64,000 nt of DNA, from contig CAYOAM010000002.1 of assembly GCA_964402035.1 (NCBI GenBank), positions 106,111 through 170,110 of the forward strand, in the 5' to 3' direction. Origin of the DNA: an uncultured Candidatus Saccharibacteria bacterium (GTDB taxonomy: Bacteria; Patescibacteriota; Minisyncoccia; Phycocordibacterales; UBA918). How positions within the stretch are numbered: the first letter of the stretch is position 1; every line of letters starts with the position of its first letter. The notes beneath the pieces are model-generated. The model worked only from the letters and a program-made list of their open reading frames with translations, was not told the origin of the DNA and ran no database searches. Below are positions 10,501 through 19,223 of this stretch, piece after piece. Position numbers and translations under genes: made by a program.

Positions 10501-13500
10501 GCTTGCGGTACCTGCGGAAGCGCCATTGGAACGTAATGAAAGCAATCCCGTCTCAGTACCAGCAGCACCACCAACAACTTCCATTTTAGTGTTTGCTGCG
10601 GCGGTACCAAAGCCTACAAAACCATTATTGGTTATGCTCAATAATGATGTGGTGGCGGTAAGCGCGTCGCTTGAAGTCCCAATAGAAAAGGTACCGCCAA
10701 GATTTGAGAGTAACCAATGTTTATTGTCGGTACTTGCATCGATGTCTGAGAGCGCAAGATATGGAGTACTTGAGGCTACTTGCAGCGTCCAATTTGGCGT
10801 TGTTGTTCCAAGTCCAAAATTGCCGAGCGATGTAAGTCGCGCCATTTCTACCAAACCTACCGTTGCACTATTTTTTGTTGAAAATGTGAGCGCTGATTGT
10901 GGTGTTGCAATTGCAGTATTGGTAAACACCGCAGCAATGCGTGCAGTCGCCGTTGCATTTAATCCGGCGTCTTGTGTTGAGAATAATAAACCTGTCCCGA
11001 TGCCAGCCGCTGGTGCAGTTCCTGTTGCGCTGTGTGAAATCTGCATCACGTCCGCAATACCATTAAAGGTACTGTCGGTAATATTGGCATTTAACGCATA
11101 GATATTTGCGAGTGATGTTGAGCTTGCTTTGCTAAAACTTCCTTGCCCCGTCACCAACAACCCGCCATCACCAACATTTAAGCCCCCGTTGATGTATGCA
11201 TTGTTATCGACAACAAGGTTTTCGGCAATATTCACCTGATTTGCTGCGAGAGCTCCAATATTTGCTGCAGGCACATCTATTCCACCGATATCAAAAATGC
11301 GTAGTCCAGCACTATCGTCTGCCACATACGCAAATTTTCCAGCTACATAGGTTCCGAGCGCTGAGCCAACAGTGTCATACGTACCAACCTGATATGGTGC
11401 AGTTGCAGATGCGACATTGATAACAGAAATTCCCGATGCGCTATCGGCAATATACGCATATTTTCCCGTTACATAGATACCGTTTGCGGTACCAGCGGTG
11501 TCAAAATTGCCAACAATAGCAGGCTGCGAAGGATCCGCTACATCAATAATCTGAAGACCAGAACCACTATCAGCGATATATACATATTTACCAGCTTGTG
11601 CGACAGCAAGAGAGGAACCTGACGTATTTGTGGTACTTGCAAGCGTCGGCGAAGACGGATTTGAGATATCAATAGTTTGGAGACCTGCGTTTCCATCCGC
11701 AACGTAGGCGTATTTCCCGTTTACCACAACACCATTTGCAATACCAGACGTATTGAATGTGCCTGCGAGACGAGGAATAAATGGATTGCTGATATCGAGT
11801 ATCTGCAGACCGGCAGACCCATCAGCCACATACGCATACTGACCAGAAACATACACGCCGGATGCGAGACCGGGAGTGTTGTATAGGCGTGCCAAGCGTG
11901 GTGCAAAAGGATTACTGATATCAATGATTTGGAGACCAGCAGTATCGTCAGCGACGTACGCATATTTTCCCGCAACATATACGCCATACGAAGTACCTGA
12001 AGTGTCGTACGTACCCAGTAATGTCGGTAGATCGGGATTTGAAATATCAAAAATCTGGAGACCGGATGCGCTATCTGCGACATACGCGTATTTTCCTGAA
12101 ACAAATACCTGTCGTGCAAGTCCCAAAGTGTCATACGTACCCAACGGAATTGGATCACCTTGCGTTTGCACGAGAGTACCAGCATGCACCAAAATTTTTG
12201 TGGATGTCGCCACGTCGGTCGTTGTCGTGCCAATCGTGAGCTTGCCCCCCAGGTACATATTGCCGGTAGTCGTCGCCCCACCATTGATCGTAAGTCCAGT
12301 CTGCTGTGTACCACCACCAATTGTTGAAGACCCGACAGCCAATAGTGACGGCGCACCAAGTACCGTCCCATCAAATGTGAAGCCTGCATTTGATGTGAGC
12401 GTGTCGGTATCGGACCAATACGCGATACGGTTCGTATCACCCGATCCATCAATTGTTGAACCTGCACCAACACAGACATTGTTTACCGCAAAACAACCAG
12501 AAGCAATGTTGATGCCATTTACCGCAGTACTTGTTCCAGTACCCGTGACTGAAAATGAACGCGCAAGAGTTGTGGAGGAATTGGTAATACTAAAGAGTGA
12601 CGAGGTAGTAGTGAGATCATCACTCGAAGTGCCAATCGAGAAAATACCGCTAAGATTTGAAAAGAGCCAGTGTTTTTGATTTGTACCCGCATTGGTGTCG
12701 GTGATTGCAAGGTATGGAGTCGTTGACGCAACTTGCAGTGTCCACTGTGGTGTTGAGGTGCCAATACCGACATTCACAGCGTTACTACCTAACGCACCAA
12801 GTACCAATGCATTACTAATCTCAACAGCCGCATTGGCGCCGATAGCGGTTGCATTGTTGAGACTTGTCGCAATGCTCGATGCATTGGCTCCCAAGAAGGT
12901 GTTGTTGCTCCCCGATGAGAAAGTATTTCCTGCTTGATATCCGACGCCAGTATTGGTATTGCCTGATGAGTTCGAGAGTGCCGAATTACCAATAGCAGTA
13001 TTTTGATCTCCGGTAACATTACTGCCAAGCGCGCTATAGCCAAATGCACTATTTTCTGCACCATCATCATTTGCTCCAAGACTGCTGTTCCCAAATGCAT
13101 TGTTAAAACCACCAGAAACGTTTGCATCAAGTGCAGCACGTCCAAAAGCGCTGTTTGATTCGCCACTTTGGTTTGCATAGAGCGTTCCTTCTCCAAAGGC
13201 GCTATTGCTACCTCCCGCCGAATTGTATGTATACAATGCATTGTGACCAAACGCGGTATTGAATGCTCCCGTGGTATCGGATCTTAATGCGTTGAATCCA
13301 AAACCAGTATTCTGACCATTGGTCGATTTATTAAGTCCCGCACCAAGACCAGCAAACATACTTTCATTTTCAACAATTGAAAATACGGCCGCTTGATTGT
13401 ATGTCAAGATTTCTCCCGAAGAAGCATTGAAGTTTGTCGCGGTCGTAGTACCATTCACTGCGAGTCTGGTGATCGGCGTCGTGGTACCCACCCCCACATT

Positions 13501-14124
13501 TCCTCCATCGAGTACGGTAAACACTTCGGTTGCTCCATCAAAAATATTTAAAATATCTCCAGTACCACTTTGCGTGATCGTAAGTAGTGTCGAAGCAGAT
13601 GTACTTGCAAGTGAAGTCGACGTGTCACTTCGCAAAAATTGTGAAGACGTCAGTCCATCAAGACGATCTGCTTCAAAGGCGGCAGGAACGGTTCCTAAAA
13701 TTTTGCGTGGAGACATTTCCCCATCCCAACTTGGTGAGCCAGCAGAACCACCAACTTCAATACCCAGATACAGCGTTTGATTAAAATCGACTGATGTTAG
13801 CGCAGTACTACTTCCAAGCATCACACTAAAAAGTCCATTCCTAACTGTGATGCGATCTCCAGCCGCTGTACTTCGATCCTCGGTCCATACTGCAGTAGTT
13901 GTCGCGGCAGTCGGAGATGCGAGCAACCAGAATCGCATATGGTATGTTCCATCAGCAACCGTGACACCACCAGCATTCGTTAACTTGCCCTGATAATTTA
14001 TTTGAAAATTAGGCGCAGCTTCTGTTTGAGTAAATCCTACAAACACCATGGCAACAAAAAGACTCACAACACATGCAGTGCTGATTAATTTTCTTGCTAC
14101 CCAAGAACGATTTACTTTGTACAT
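4576..14124 (-). CDS. Giant (~3,180 aa) surface fibre/adhesin: signal peptide, YadA-head-like repeats, LVIVD repeats, right-handed beta-helix, G2-like and S74-type chaperone domains, Pro/Glu-rich tail
   Basis: NTAxGxxAL repeats; GKYAYVAD..GLQIxDISNP repeats; parallel beta-helix (I.GN.I) region; DLAEVY...GVVS...LAGRVPVRV; STESAKKDI...LGLIAEE followed by a coiled coil. Likely start is MYKVN at 14124 (ORF track 14190). Confidence 0.85.
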   Translation of the reverse strand: MYKVNRSWVARKLISTACVVSLFVAMVFVGFTQTEAAPNFQINYQGKLTNAGGVTVADGTYHMRFWLLASPTAATTTAVWTEDRSTAAGDRITVRNGLFSVMLGSSTALTSVDFNQTLYLGIEVGGSAGSPSWDGEMSPRKILGTVPAAFEADRLDGLTSSQFLRSDTSTSLASTSASTLLTITQSGTGDILNIFDGATEVFTVLDGGNVGVGTTTPITRLAVNGTTTATNFNASSGEILTYNQAAVFSIVENESMFAGLGAGLNKSTNGQNTGFGFNALRSDTTGAFNTAFGHNALYTYNSAGGSNSAFGEGTLYANQSGESNSAFGRAALDANVSGGFNNAFGNSSLGANDDGAENSAFGYSALGSNVTGDQNTAIGNSALSNSSGNTNTGVGYQAGNTFSSGSNNTFLGANASSIATSLNNATAIGANAAVEISNALVLGALGSNAVNVGIGTSTPQWTLQVASTTPYLAITDTNAGTNQKHWLFSNLSGIFSIGTSSDDLTTTSSLFSITNSSTTLARSFSVTGTGTSTAVNGINIASGCFAVNNVCVGAGSTIDGSGDTNRIAYWSDTDTLTSNAGFTFDGTVLGAPSLLAVGSSTIGGGTQQTGLTINGGATTTGNMYLGGKLTIGTTTTDVATSTKILVHAGTLVQTQGDPIPLGTYDTLGLARQVFVSGKYAYVADSASGLQIFDISNPDLPTLLGTYDTSGTSYGVYVAGKYAYVADDTAGLQIIDISNPFAPRLARLYNTPGLASGVYVSGQYAYVADGSAGLQILDISNPFIPRLAGTFNTSGIANGVVVNGKYAYVADGNAGLQTIDISNPSSPTLASTTNTSGSSLAVAQAGKYVYIADSGSGLQIIDVADPSQPAIVGNFDTAGTANGIYVTGKYAYIADSASGISVINVASATAPYQVGTYDTVGSALGTYVAGKFAYVADDSAGLRIFDIGGIDVPAANIGALAANQVNIAENLVVDNNAYINGGLNVGDGGLLVTGQGSFSKASSTSLANIYALNANITDSTFNGIADVMQISHSATGTAPAAGIGTGLLFSTQDAGLNATATARIAAVFTNTAIATPQSALTFSTKNSATVGLVEMARLTSLGNFGLGTTTPNWTLQVASSTPYLALSDIDASTDNKHWLLSNLGGTFSIGTSSDALTATTSLLSITNNGFVGFGTAAANTKMEVVGGAAGTETGLLSLRSNGASAGTASTLRFINSTTAAATQGRGEIAVIRSADTSADFVVRVANITPVVTEQFRINGQSGSIGFGTSSPSARFAIHTPASYGSTTLFALASSTATATTTLFSISNTGSTTARNGIDIATGCFAMNGTCLPATALTSLNGQTGATQIFATTSSDGGFGFSSGSNIHTLNIPQASSINALGLLTSSDFTIFGNKLGSTSIDTSAELLSILGDETGTGSLVFNTNPSFGGNVSFASTVTQNATTTYLVASSTIRIIGGTSFPTSPLEGTMYFRTDRGQMYTYASGTWQGDRSTATFIVAASDSNNKEKADYIADGVRDEVEINRAINAAYVAGNASSTHGGIVYLLEGNYYLGTSTRISTSESASIVLATGTTMIGAGNGTKLVVASSTLSDSVNNYAIYSVAPYVRVSNLSMDGNIHNHHVSQGWDGLYFNEGSASSTIENLYVQDFGGSNSAAVRVKANNVRIIDNQIIDSGDRSIYAGSANVGQYTYGLMVRGNTIRGSGVRGVDAAQLIGADVSHNNISGVAFDGIKIGEDSREVMVTDNILAYIAGSGIAVDYSFTPPRAITIRGNSISSTTGSAISAFGMSDSVIDGNVIYNAAGNSADSNIFLLGDQNIISNNQITDFEGTGYAIEISGFLAGSTDNTLSGNRYSGPGAERISDGGTNTRYLETNRITLDTPGEVGYSLLTMTGSTSVALANLTQLGTGDIFNLANVDGSLFTVTNTGRVGIGSTTPTAKLSINSDTPTYGSELITNGNFDTDASSWNLGACVAWSAGNIVSNVSGCTGSSASTTFAVVAGKTYQLTLNISSTTREQVTYFLSPSVNAYQNWGPFGAGTSTVTFDSGVTGTETITFTGNTVANTSAWALDSVSIKEISTTSRAFTINDISGIPILTLGGKQDGNIAIGSNALYTSTSSIQNVAIGDNALRNNTNGIENTAVGYNTLTFNTTGFYSVAVGTNALFSNTVGSNNTAVGTNALLNNTSGNYNTASGAFVLSSNTTGTYNTGNGYGALNSNTTGTFNTAVGWDALLRSTSGANSVAIGAAALYLNRSATATVAVGYGAGLGVSGVTASQNNVFIGTLAGSGNTTGNNNVLVGYGAGNNLTSGSNNIVLGYDIDAPNALATNTLNIGNILFGTNINGTQGTLSSGSLGIGTTTPNWTLQVASTSAYFALTDTDAGTDQKHWLLSNVGGVFSIGTSSDALTATSSRFTITQEGNVGLGMSNPTTRLQLPDDQYSSLGTSADAKFVWETADADANRLNLILPENDGTNVPVFVVGDASVDNVDLTVFNGASDPLVVVMNDGGTNYSSFDASGVFGLTNLSVTASDNLSLTSGTGASEAINFYTNAGSSLRMTVLNGGNVGIGTSSPNWTLNIASSTPYLALTDTDAGTNMKNWLISNLGGVFSIGTSTDSYSATSTKFSISMATTSINTGLDVYSGAITYDPVANNTYIERLNTGPIEFENDAGVLSWINLPISASSTSGAVQSFSAQIDSNQLFTIYGQSNGSGALQKARSVFGTSTNTVLDSTNVPYGSVLIADGALCVDNGAGNTCASSARTRGFVYAEGSSLAGLDLAEVYLSTDLTLQKGEVVMFDPDHARHVSRFDTAVASTTSTRFAGVVSSDPGLLLGGFTDDVTAEAKIPLALAGRVPVRVSNEGGVIAIGDPISVGGEPGYAARATSTGVIIGFALDAETFATTSTSTIDVFLNYTHRFADNDFYIDPVSGNIGIGTTSPQYALQVVGDVAAQSFVNVSTESAKKDITHISASTTDAIIADLKNIQVAQYRYNTEEESAPLRLGLIAEEAPSAVLSADGKGVDIYKLATFNIAATQALSLKVDSLETRVVSLETLLAGGGAAVGSSGVLGVLHDLGITIENGVAYFKGLFADTLTVGTSEKRTGITLYDEATGEPYCLSIENGETKTVAGECVVVRPVVEEIPNDPPIDPPPPAEDVPPEGGDPVIEPVPDPEPAPEQSPEPSPEPAPESGDGG

Positions 14125-14261
14125 ACTTAGCTTTTTCGACTGCTCTAAAAAAAGCGCTGCGTATTGCGCTCTCAATATTGTACCGTTCAACCGCTTATTT
14201 TACGGATCAAAATTAGAAAAGTAGTGGATAAATATGTACCAAAATTTCCTCTAAAATTTTT

Positions 14262-15833
14262 CTAAATTGTCGCTATTGTTTTCTTTTCTTGTTTACTGAG
14301 CTTTGTGTAGATAAGCAACAACATGAGTAATAGGAAAAAAGCGAACGTCCAGCGGCTAAGTATCGAAAGTATGTAATCGGTAAATGTTGTTTCAGGAACC
14401 GCAGTCATAGGGATCATGTTTAATGACGGAACAACGTGCAAGGTACCCTCCGCTTTTGAAAGACTTCTATTTTTGTAATCCAACACAAATACTGAAATCG
14501 GGTAACTACCGATATCTCGGATGGCCGAGATAAGTCCAGTATAAGCCGTTTTTTGTTTATTTATTCTCAATAAAAATGAAAATTCTTTAGTACTATCAAC
14601 AGAATCGTGCAAAGTAACAATGATAGTTTTTAGATGCTCAGGAAGCTCTTCATACGGTATATTTATTTCAAACGGACTTAAATTATCTATAGCTAGCTCT
14701 TTGCCGATGAATGAAACCTCCTTTCCGTTTTGATAAAAATGTATAGCACTAAATGAAAAAGGTTTATACAGGGGTGCAGTCTCGAATTCTTGTATCGGAG
14801 TGGGACTTTCAGAATTAGGATTCTGACGAGCAACCCGCACAATTGCGCCTGATGAGCTATTGCCGATTTTATCGTACGAGAATAGTGTATAGTAGTGCCG
14901 TTCTGAAGCGCTAAAAGCCCCATTATCACGAAAAGAAGTGTCTAACCCTTCATATATCAATTCACCATCAAATGGGTCTTTGGGATAGCTTATAGAGCTT
15001 CTTATGATGCGTACATGACTAAAGTCTTCACTTAGCGGATTTTTCCACATGAGCACAGCATCATTTCCGTCAGGGGCACCCCGCAAGAGGGAAACGTTTG
15101 GCGGGGCCTCTAGGTCGAGATCGCGATCAGTTACAAAAATATCTTGTCGTAGTACGGTCTCATTGCCTGATCGATCTGTCGCAATAATCCTAAATTCATA
15201 ACGAGTATGTGGCTTCAAATCTACAATGTGTGTGGAGTGTCGTCTTAGTAACGTTCGTTCTACTAAGGCACCCATTTCAAATGATGACGAAATCCCCCAC
15301 GAAACAGTTGCGCGCGTTGGAATTGAAGTCTCCCAGTATAAAGTTGCACTATGTTTATCAACGGTTATGCGAAAATTTGTGATCTGAGGAATGATAGGTA
15401 CTACAGCACCGCCTCCCCCTGCACCAGTTACAGTAGGACTTGAAGTCGCTAGAGCAAACGTTGTATCGGATGTGGTTGCTGAGCGTGCACTGATATTTCC
15501 GACGGCATCAAACGCCGTAATGTTGTAATCGTATGTCGTACTATCAGTAAGTCCGGTATCTGTGTATGCAAGAAGCGCTGTCGTTGCAATCTGGACGTTA
15601 TCACGAAAAATTTGATACCCAGTGACCGCTATATCATCGGTCGATGCATCCCAAGTAATATCAATAGCATCGCTATCCACCGCGGTTGCCAAAACATTCA
15701 GCGGTATAGTAGGAGCTCCCGTATCAGCCGCAACAACACTTTGCGAGATAGTAAATGTATCAGTAACAGCAAACGAGACATTATTACTAACCAGGATTGC
15801 ACATATAGTTATGAATAATAAAACATATTTCAT
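14262..15833 (-). CDS. Secreted multi-fibronectin-III/Ig-like protein with a C-terminal membrane anchor
   Basis: Signal peptide ending VSFA; FnIII motifs (ITWDASTDD..TGYQIFRD, YTDTGL, LKPHTRYEFRI); C-terminal TM helix followed by a basic tail. Confidence 0.8.
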   Translation of the reverse strand: MKYVLLFITICAILVSNNVSFAVTDTFTISQSVVAADTGAPTIPLNVLATAVDSDAIDITWDASTDDIAVTGYQIFRDNVQIATTALLAYTDTGLTDSTTYDYNITAFDAVGNISARSATTSDTTFALATSSPTVTGAGGGGAVVPIIPQITNFRITVDKHSATLYWETSIPTRATVSWGISSSFEMGALVERTLLRRHSTHIVDLKPHTRYEFRIIATDRSGNETVLRQDIFVTDRDLDLEAPPNVSLLRGAPDGNDAVLMWKNPLSEDFSHVRIIRSSISYPKDPFDGELIYEGLDTSFRDNGAFSASERHYYTLFSYDKIGNSSSGAIVRVARQNPNSESPTPIQEFETAPLYKPFSFSAIHFYQNGKEVSFIGKELAIDNLSPFEINIPYEELPEHLKTIIVTLHDSVDSTKEFSFLLRINKQKTAYTGLISAIRDIGSYPISVFVLDYKNRSLSKAEGTLHVVPSLNMIPMTAVPETTFTDYILSILSRWTFAFFLLLMLLLIYTKLSKQEKKTIATI

Positions 15834-16582
15834 AAGGCGAGCGCGGTAATTGTTGTTGTCGCTGTATATGTCCCTGGAGCCTGACTTACAGAACCTCCTA
15901 TGCCGACTCTGAAGCGTATTTGCGTCAAAGTCCCCGTGGGGGTATTCGCTGAAGATCTATACACAATTGTCTGTGCTACTGTCGAAAGTCCATCCCAGCA
16001 TGCAAAATTCGTGTCACCAGAGCCGGTATTGCAGCCTATCCCATCATCTTTGAATCGTGTTGCAATATCGGTACCTTCGGGAGAAAATCCAAGATGTGAT
16101 TCACTTGCCACCGTAGAGAATATGTAGTCGGGATTTGCACCAGCTGGTACATAATCCGCAATCGTATTTGCACCAAATTTCATTGCAGGGCTTGTCGAGG
16201 CAGCAATGGTGAGCTGATATCCACCTGAACTATCAGTAGTCGCAATAACGGTTGTAGATCCGTTACTTTCACCGCCCGTCACCCCACCGAGCGTAGGAGA
16301 CAGCGTAACATTAGTTGCACCAGAAAGTGCTAAATAGGCGGCCTGTAAGGCTTGGTAACCAGCACTCAGATTGTAGGAGGTGCTACTTGAAAAACCAGTT
16401 GCAACTTCCCCTATCGTATCTTCAAGTTTGTACGACGTCGACGAGCTAAATGATCCACCAATATTGATACTGTCGCTCTCGATACGATAACTAGTACTTT
16501 GCATGACTTGTGCCGATGCCGTAGACAGCGAGAGAAGAACAGTGACGACCGCAATACCAATGTGGCGTGGAGATTTACACAT
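15830..16582 (-). CDS. Secreted fimbrial/WxL-like subunit with an extra N-terminal domain (putative tip subunit)
   Basis: Signal peptide ASA|Q; C-terminal ~165 aa clearly paralogous to 17592..18296 (GYxxTIAAS..PAM, CNTGS.DT...CW.GLS, TYTATTTxTA). Confidence 0.65.
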   Translation of the reverse strand: MCKSPRHIGIAVVTVLLSLSTASAQVMQSTSYRIESDSINIGGSFSSSTSYKLEDTIGEVATGFSSSTSYNLSAGYQALQAAYLALSGATNVTLSPTLGGVTGGESNGSTTVIATTDSSGGYQLTIAASTSPAMKFGANTIADYVPAGANPDYIFSTVASESHLGFSPEGTDIATRFKDDGIGCNTGSGDTNFACWDGLSTVAQTIVYRSSANTPTGTLTQIRFRVGIGGSVSQAPGTYTATTTITALAL

Positions 16583-16594
16583 AGATTTGACGCT

Positions 16595-17584
16595 TTACTT
16601 TCTCTTTATTTCAAATGTCCGTACTATAAAACGTATGCAGAAAAAGACGAGAGCTAGAGCCAGAACAGCGAGAGCTAACAGCTTCCAGGGGACTACGTAG
16701 AACGTGACGCTCTTGGTGTCAATAATATTGTCGTAGCCTCGATTAATTTTTATGTCTGCCGTGTATCGTCCAAAAAGATATGGCCTGTCCCAGCTCAGTT
16801 CACGAAGTCGTACTGATTGTGGCAATGAAAACCATGGGTCAGCGACAACAACGCCAACCTCCTCACCCAGCATATTTTTTATACTTAGAACGCCATAAGG
16901 ATTCAAATGTACCGAACCAGTGTTTTTGTACAGAACTTGAAAATGTATTGGCCCGTTTGCATAAAAAGGTGTATCAGGAATGGTTTTAAAACTCTGCAAC
17001 TCACCACTTTTTTCTATATCTCCGGGCACCGTGACAAAAAACAAAGCCCCGATTCGAGAAATGATAACTGAACCTGATTTTGCCCCACTCTGCACTGGCT
17101 TTTCTCCTGATTCTGGTACCGATGTCGTAGTAACAAGCACACTACCATACAACCCCCCCGGTTGCGCATCGGCAGGTACAGAAATAGTCACTGGTATACG
17201 AGCTCGCTCGCCCTGCCCTAGTTCAAACGTTTTTTCCGGAAACTTAAAGTAATCCTTAAGTGAGTACGGACCTCGATCGTCTCCAAGTAATACTACCGTC
17301 TGATCAGGATCATCAGAACCTTTTGTATCCTCAACCTCGAGTGAAAAAAGGCGTCTATCACCCATTCTATTCGTCACCATAAGCTCGACAACTCGATCCT
17401 TGCCTGCCTCTATTGTGAGATCTACTTTTGTTGGTCCTACAACAAAATCGCCAAAAACCTGATCACCGCCGGGAATCTGTTCAATTGGGTATGCAGCGTC
17501 AGCCAGTGGTATGCATATAAAAAAAGTACCAAAAAGCAGAAATAGAGCGGTGTATGGTACCACGCTACGTATTGTTAGATGCAT
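16595..17584 (-). CDS. DUF916/WxL-interacting-protein-like (chaperone-like) protein with a C-terminal TM helix
   Basis: Signal peptide; PVTISVPADAQPGGLYGSVLV, FFVTVPG, YKNTGSVHLNPYG and GRYTA motifs; C-terminal hydrophobic anchor. Confidence 0.7.
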   Translation of the reverse strand: MHLTIRSVVPYTALFLLFGTFFICIPLADAAYPIEQIPGGDQVFGDFVVGPTKVDLTIEAGKDRVVELMVTNRMGDRRLFSLEVEDTKGSDDPDQTVVLLGDDRGPYSLKDYFKFPEKTFELGQGERARIPVTISVPADAQPGGLYGSVLVTTTSVPESGEKPVQSGAKSGSVIISRIGALFFVTVPGDIEKSGELQSFKTIPDTPFYANGPIHFQVLYKNTGSVHLNPYGVLSIKNMLGEEVGVVVADPWFSLPQSVRLRELSWDRPYLFGRYTADIKINRGYDNIIDTKSVTFYVVPWKLLALAVLALALVFFCIRFIVRTFEIKRK

Positions 17585-17591
17585 ACCTGTA

Positions 17592-18296
17592 TTAATTAGC
17601 CGTTGCAGTCAGTGTTGTAGTTGCGGTATAGGTATCTTCAGCGATTGAAGGAGCCGGGTTTGAAGTAATCTGCGTTCTAAAGAAAAAGGTGGTCGTTGCT
17701 CCTGAAGCAGTTGTTGCAGTTGTTCTTAGTATTGTAGATGTTGCAGACGAACTTAAACCATACCAACATGAAGAAGATCCACTGGTATCTGCAGAGCCAG
17801 TATTACATGCTGCCGTATCGTCAAGAAATTTTTGTGCTAGGTCTGAAGTAGTGCTAGCCGAGACAGTATATGCAAACTCACCAGTATTGGCACCGACTGA
17901 ATGTGAAAAGTCAGGTATCCCCGCCGTTGCATTGGTATAATTCGGAATACTACCTCCTTGAGTATTTCCTTGCATTGCAGGAGTACCACTCGCGGCAATC
18001 GTCATCGTGTAGCCGGTGTTGTTGTTGGTGTAAACACGAACTTGCGTTGCCCCGTTCGCAGTACCTCCTGTGAGGCCGGGGATTGCGGTATCCATGGTGA
18101 CATCAGCTCCAGTGCCGACAAAAGAAATTTCAGCAGTCACCGACTGTGAAATCGAAAACTGATCAAAGGCCTGAGAACGAATCACCGTCGGCTCAAGAAA
18201 AACATACATTGCCAAAAAAGCAACAAGTACAAATCCAGCGACAAGTGTCGACCTTCTAAAATCTTCTATCAGACCTGCAATATGTACTCTAGGCAT
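17592..18296 (-). CDS. Secreted Thr/Ser/Ala-rich fimbrial/WxL-like subunit (putative major subunit)
   Basis: Signal/TM segment, N-terminal strand DQFSISQSV, one Cys pair, C-terminal DTYTATTTLTATAN strand; first gene of the operon. Confidence 0.65.
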   Translation of the reverse strand: MPRVHIAGLIEDFRRSTLVAGFVLVAFLAMYVFLEPTVIRSQAFDQFSISQSVTAEISFVGTGADVTMDTAIPGLTGGTANGATQVRVYTNNNTGYTMTIAASGTPAMQGNTQGGSIPNYTNATAGIPDFSHSVGANTGEFAYTVSASTTSDLAQKFLDDTAACNTGSADTSGSSSCWYGLSSSATSTILRTTATTASGATTTFFFRTQITSNPAPSIAEDTYTATTTLTATAN

Positions 18297-18376
18297 ATAG
18301 GATTTTTCTTATTTATAAGATGATATATCTTAAAGTATACAGCACATACGTCGTCCTAACCGTTGACTATCCACAT

Positions 18377-19099
18377 CTACGTTGACGTGCTAACTTCCTC
18401 CTCTATTGGAACCATTAGAAAACGATACTGTGATTCTGATTTATTTTTAAAATGAGGCGTCACAATACCTGATGTACCCTCAGGATCCTTCTGTACGCTC
18501 ACTTCGTCTGAAAATGAATCGGCAATTTCGGTCAGTGAACGAGTGTCACTCGGTGGAACAACCACCATACCACTTTGGTTTTTTTTATCAGTGGCAGATG
18601 CTTCTTGTTGTACTGCAGTGCTTTGTACTGCCGCCGTTTCCGTCCTATCACCCATACTATAGAGCTCAGCAGCAATTGAACGTAAAACCTCTACTACGGT
18701 AGCAGATGACACCTGCGAACTCGGAAATGCTATATTGGCGTAGAAAAAAGCACCTACCACTACACTTGCACATAAAACCAAACCAGCTTTTGCTAACACG
18801 AGAGCTCGTGACTGCGGCACTGGCAATACCTGCATAACAACCTTTCTTGAACCAATTTCGACGCGCTCTCGAAGCCGCTCCTTTCGGACTCGTTCAGCAT
18901 TTTGACGTTTTATTTCTTCAGTATTTTCAACAAAAACAGCAAGGGATTTTGCATCTACAAACCATTGCCTACCAACTCGAGTACCAAGCACTTTCTTTTC
19001 GCGTGCCAATCGAGCAACATAGTCATTGGTATAACCAAATTGGCGTCCCGCTTCCACAGCGGACATCAATCCATCTTCTATATTGGCTGTCTGATCCAT
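18377..19099 (-). CDS. Membrane-anchored MerR/excisionase-type HTH protein
   Basis: EAGRQFGYTNDYVARLAREKKV...RVGRQWFV, then a coiled coil, a TM helix and a C-terminal domain. Confidence 0.75.
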   Translation of the reverse strand: MDQTANIEDGLMSAVEAGRQFGYTNDYVARLAREKKVLGTRVGRQWFVDAKSLAVFVENTEEIKRQNAERVRKERLRERVEIGSRKVVMQVLPVPQSRALVLAKAGLVLCASVVVGAFFYANIAFPSSQVSSATVVEVLRSIAAELYSMGDRTETAAVQSTAVQQEASATDKKNQSGMVVVPPSDTRSLTEIADSFSDEVSVQKDPEGTSGIVTPHFKNKSESQYRFLMVPIEEEVSTST

Positions 19100-19223
19100 A
19101 TGCGAATATTACCCGAGGCAACTATTTCCTAAGTATATACGTATTTTGAAGCATTGAATCGACTGGTTTCTGAATATGTGGAAATCTTTACTCAAATACC
19201 CGCTATCCACCAAGCACAAAGTA

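Noticed and set aside
6270-12775. Repeats as DGR template/variable regions
   Set aside because: No reverse transcriptase in the window, all copies are in-frame coding, and differences are not confined to adenines.
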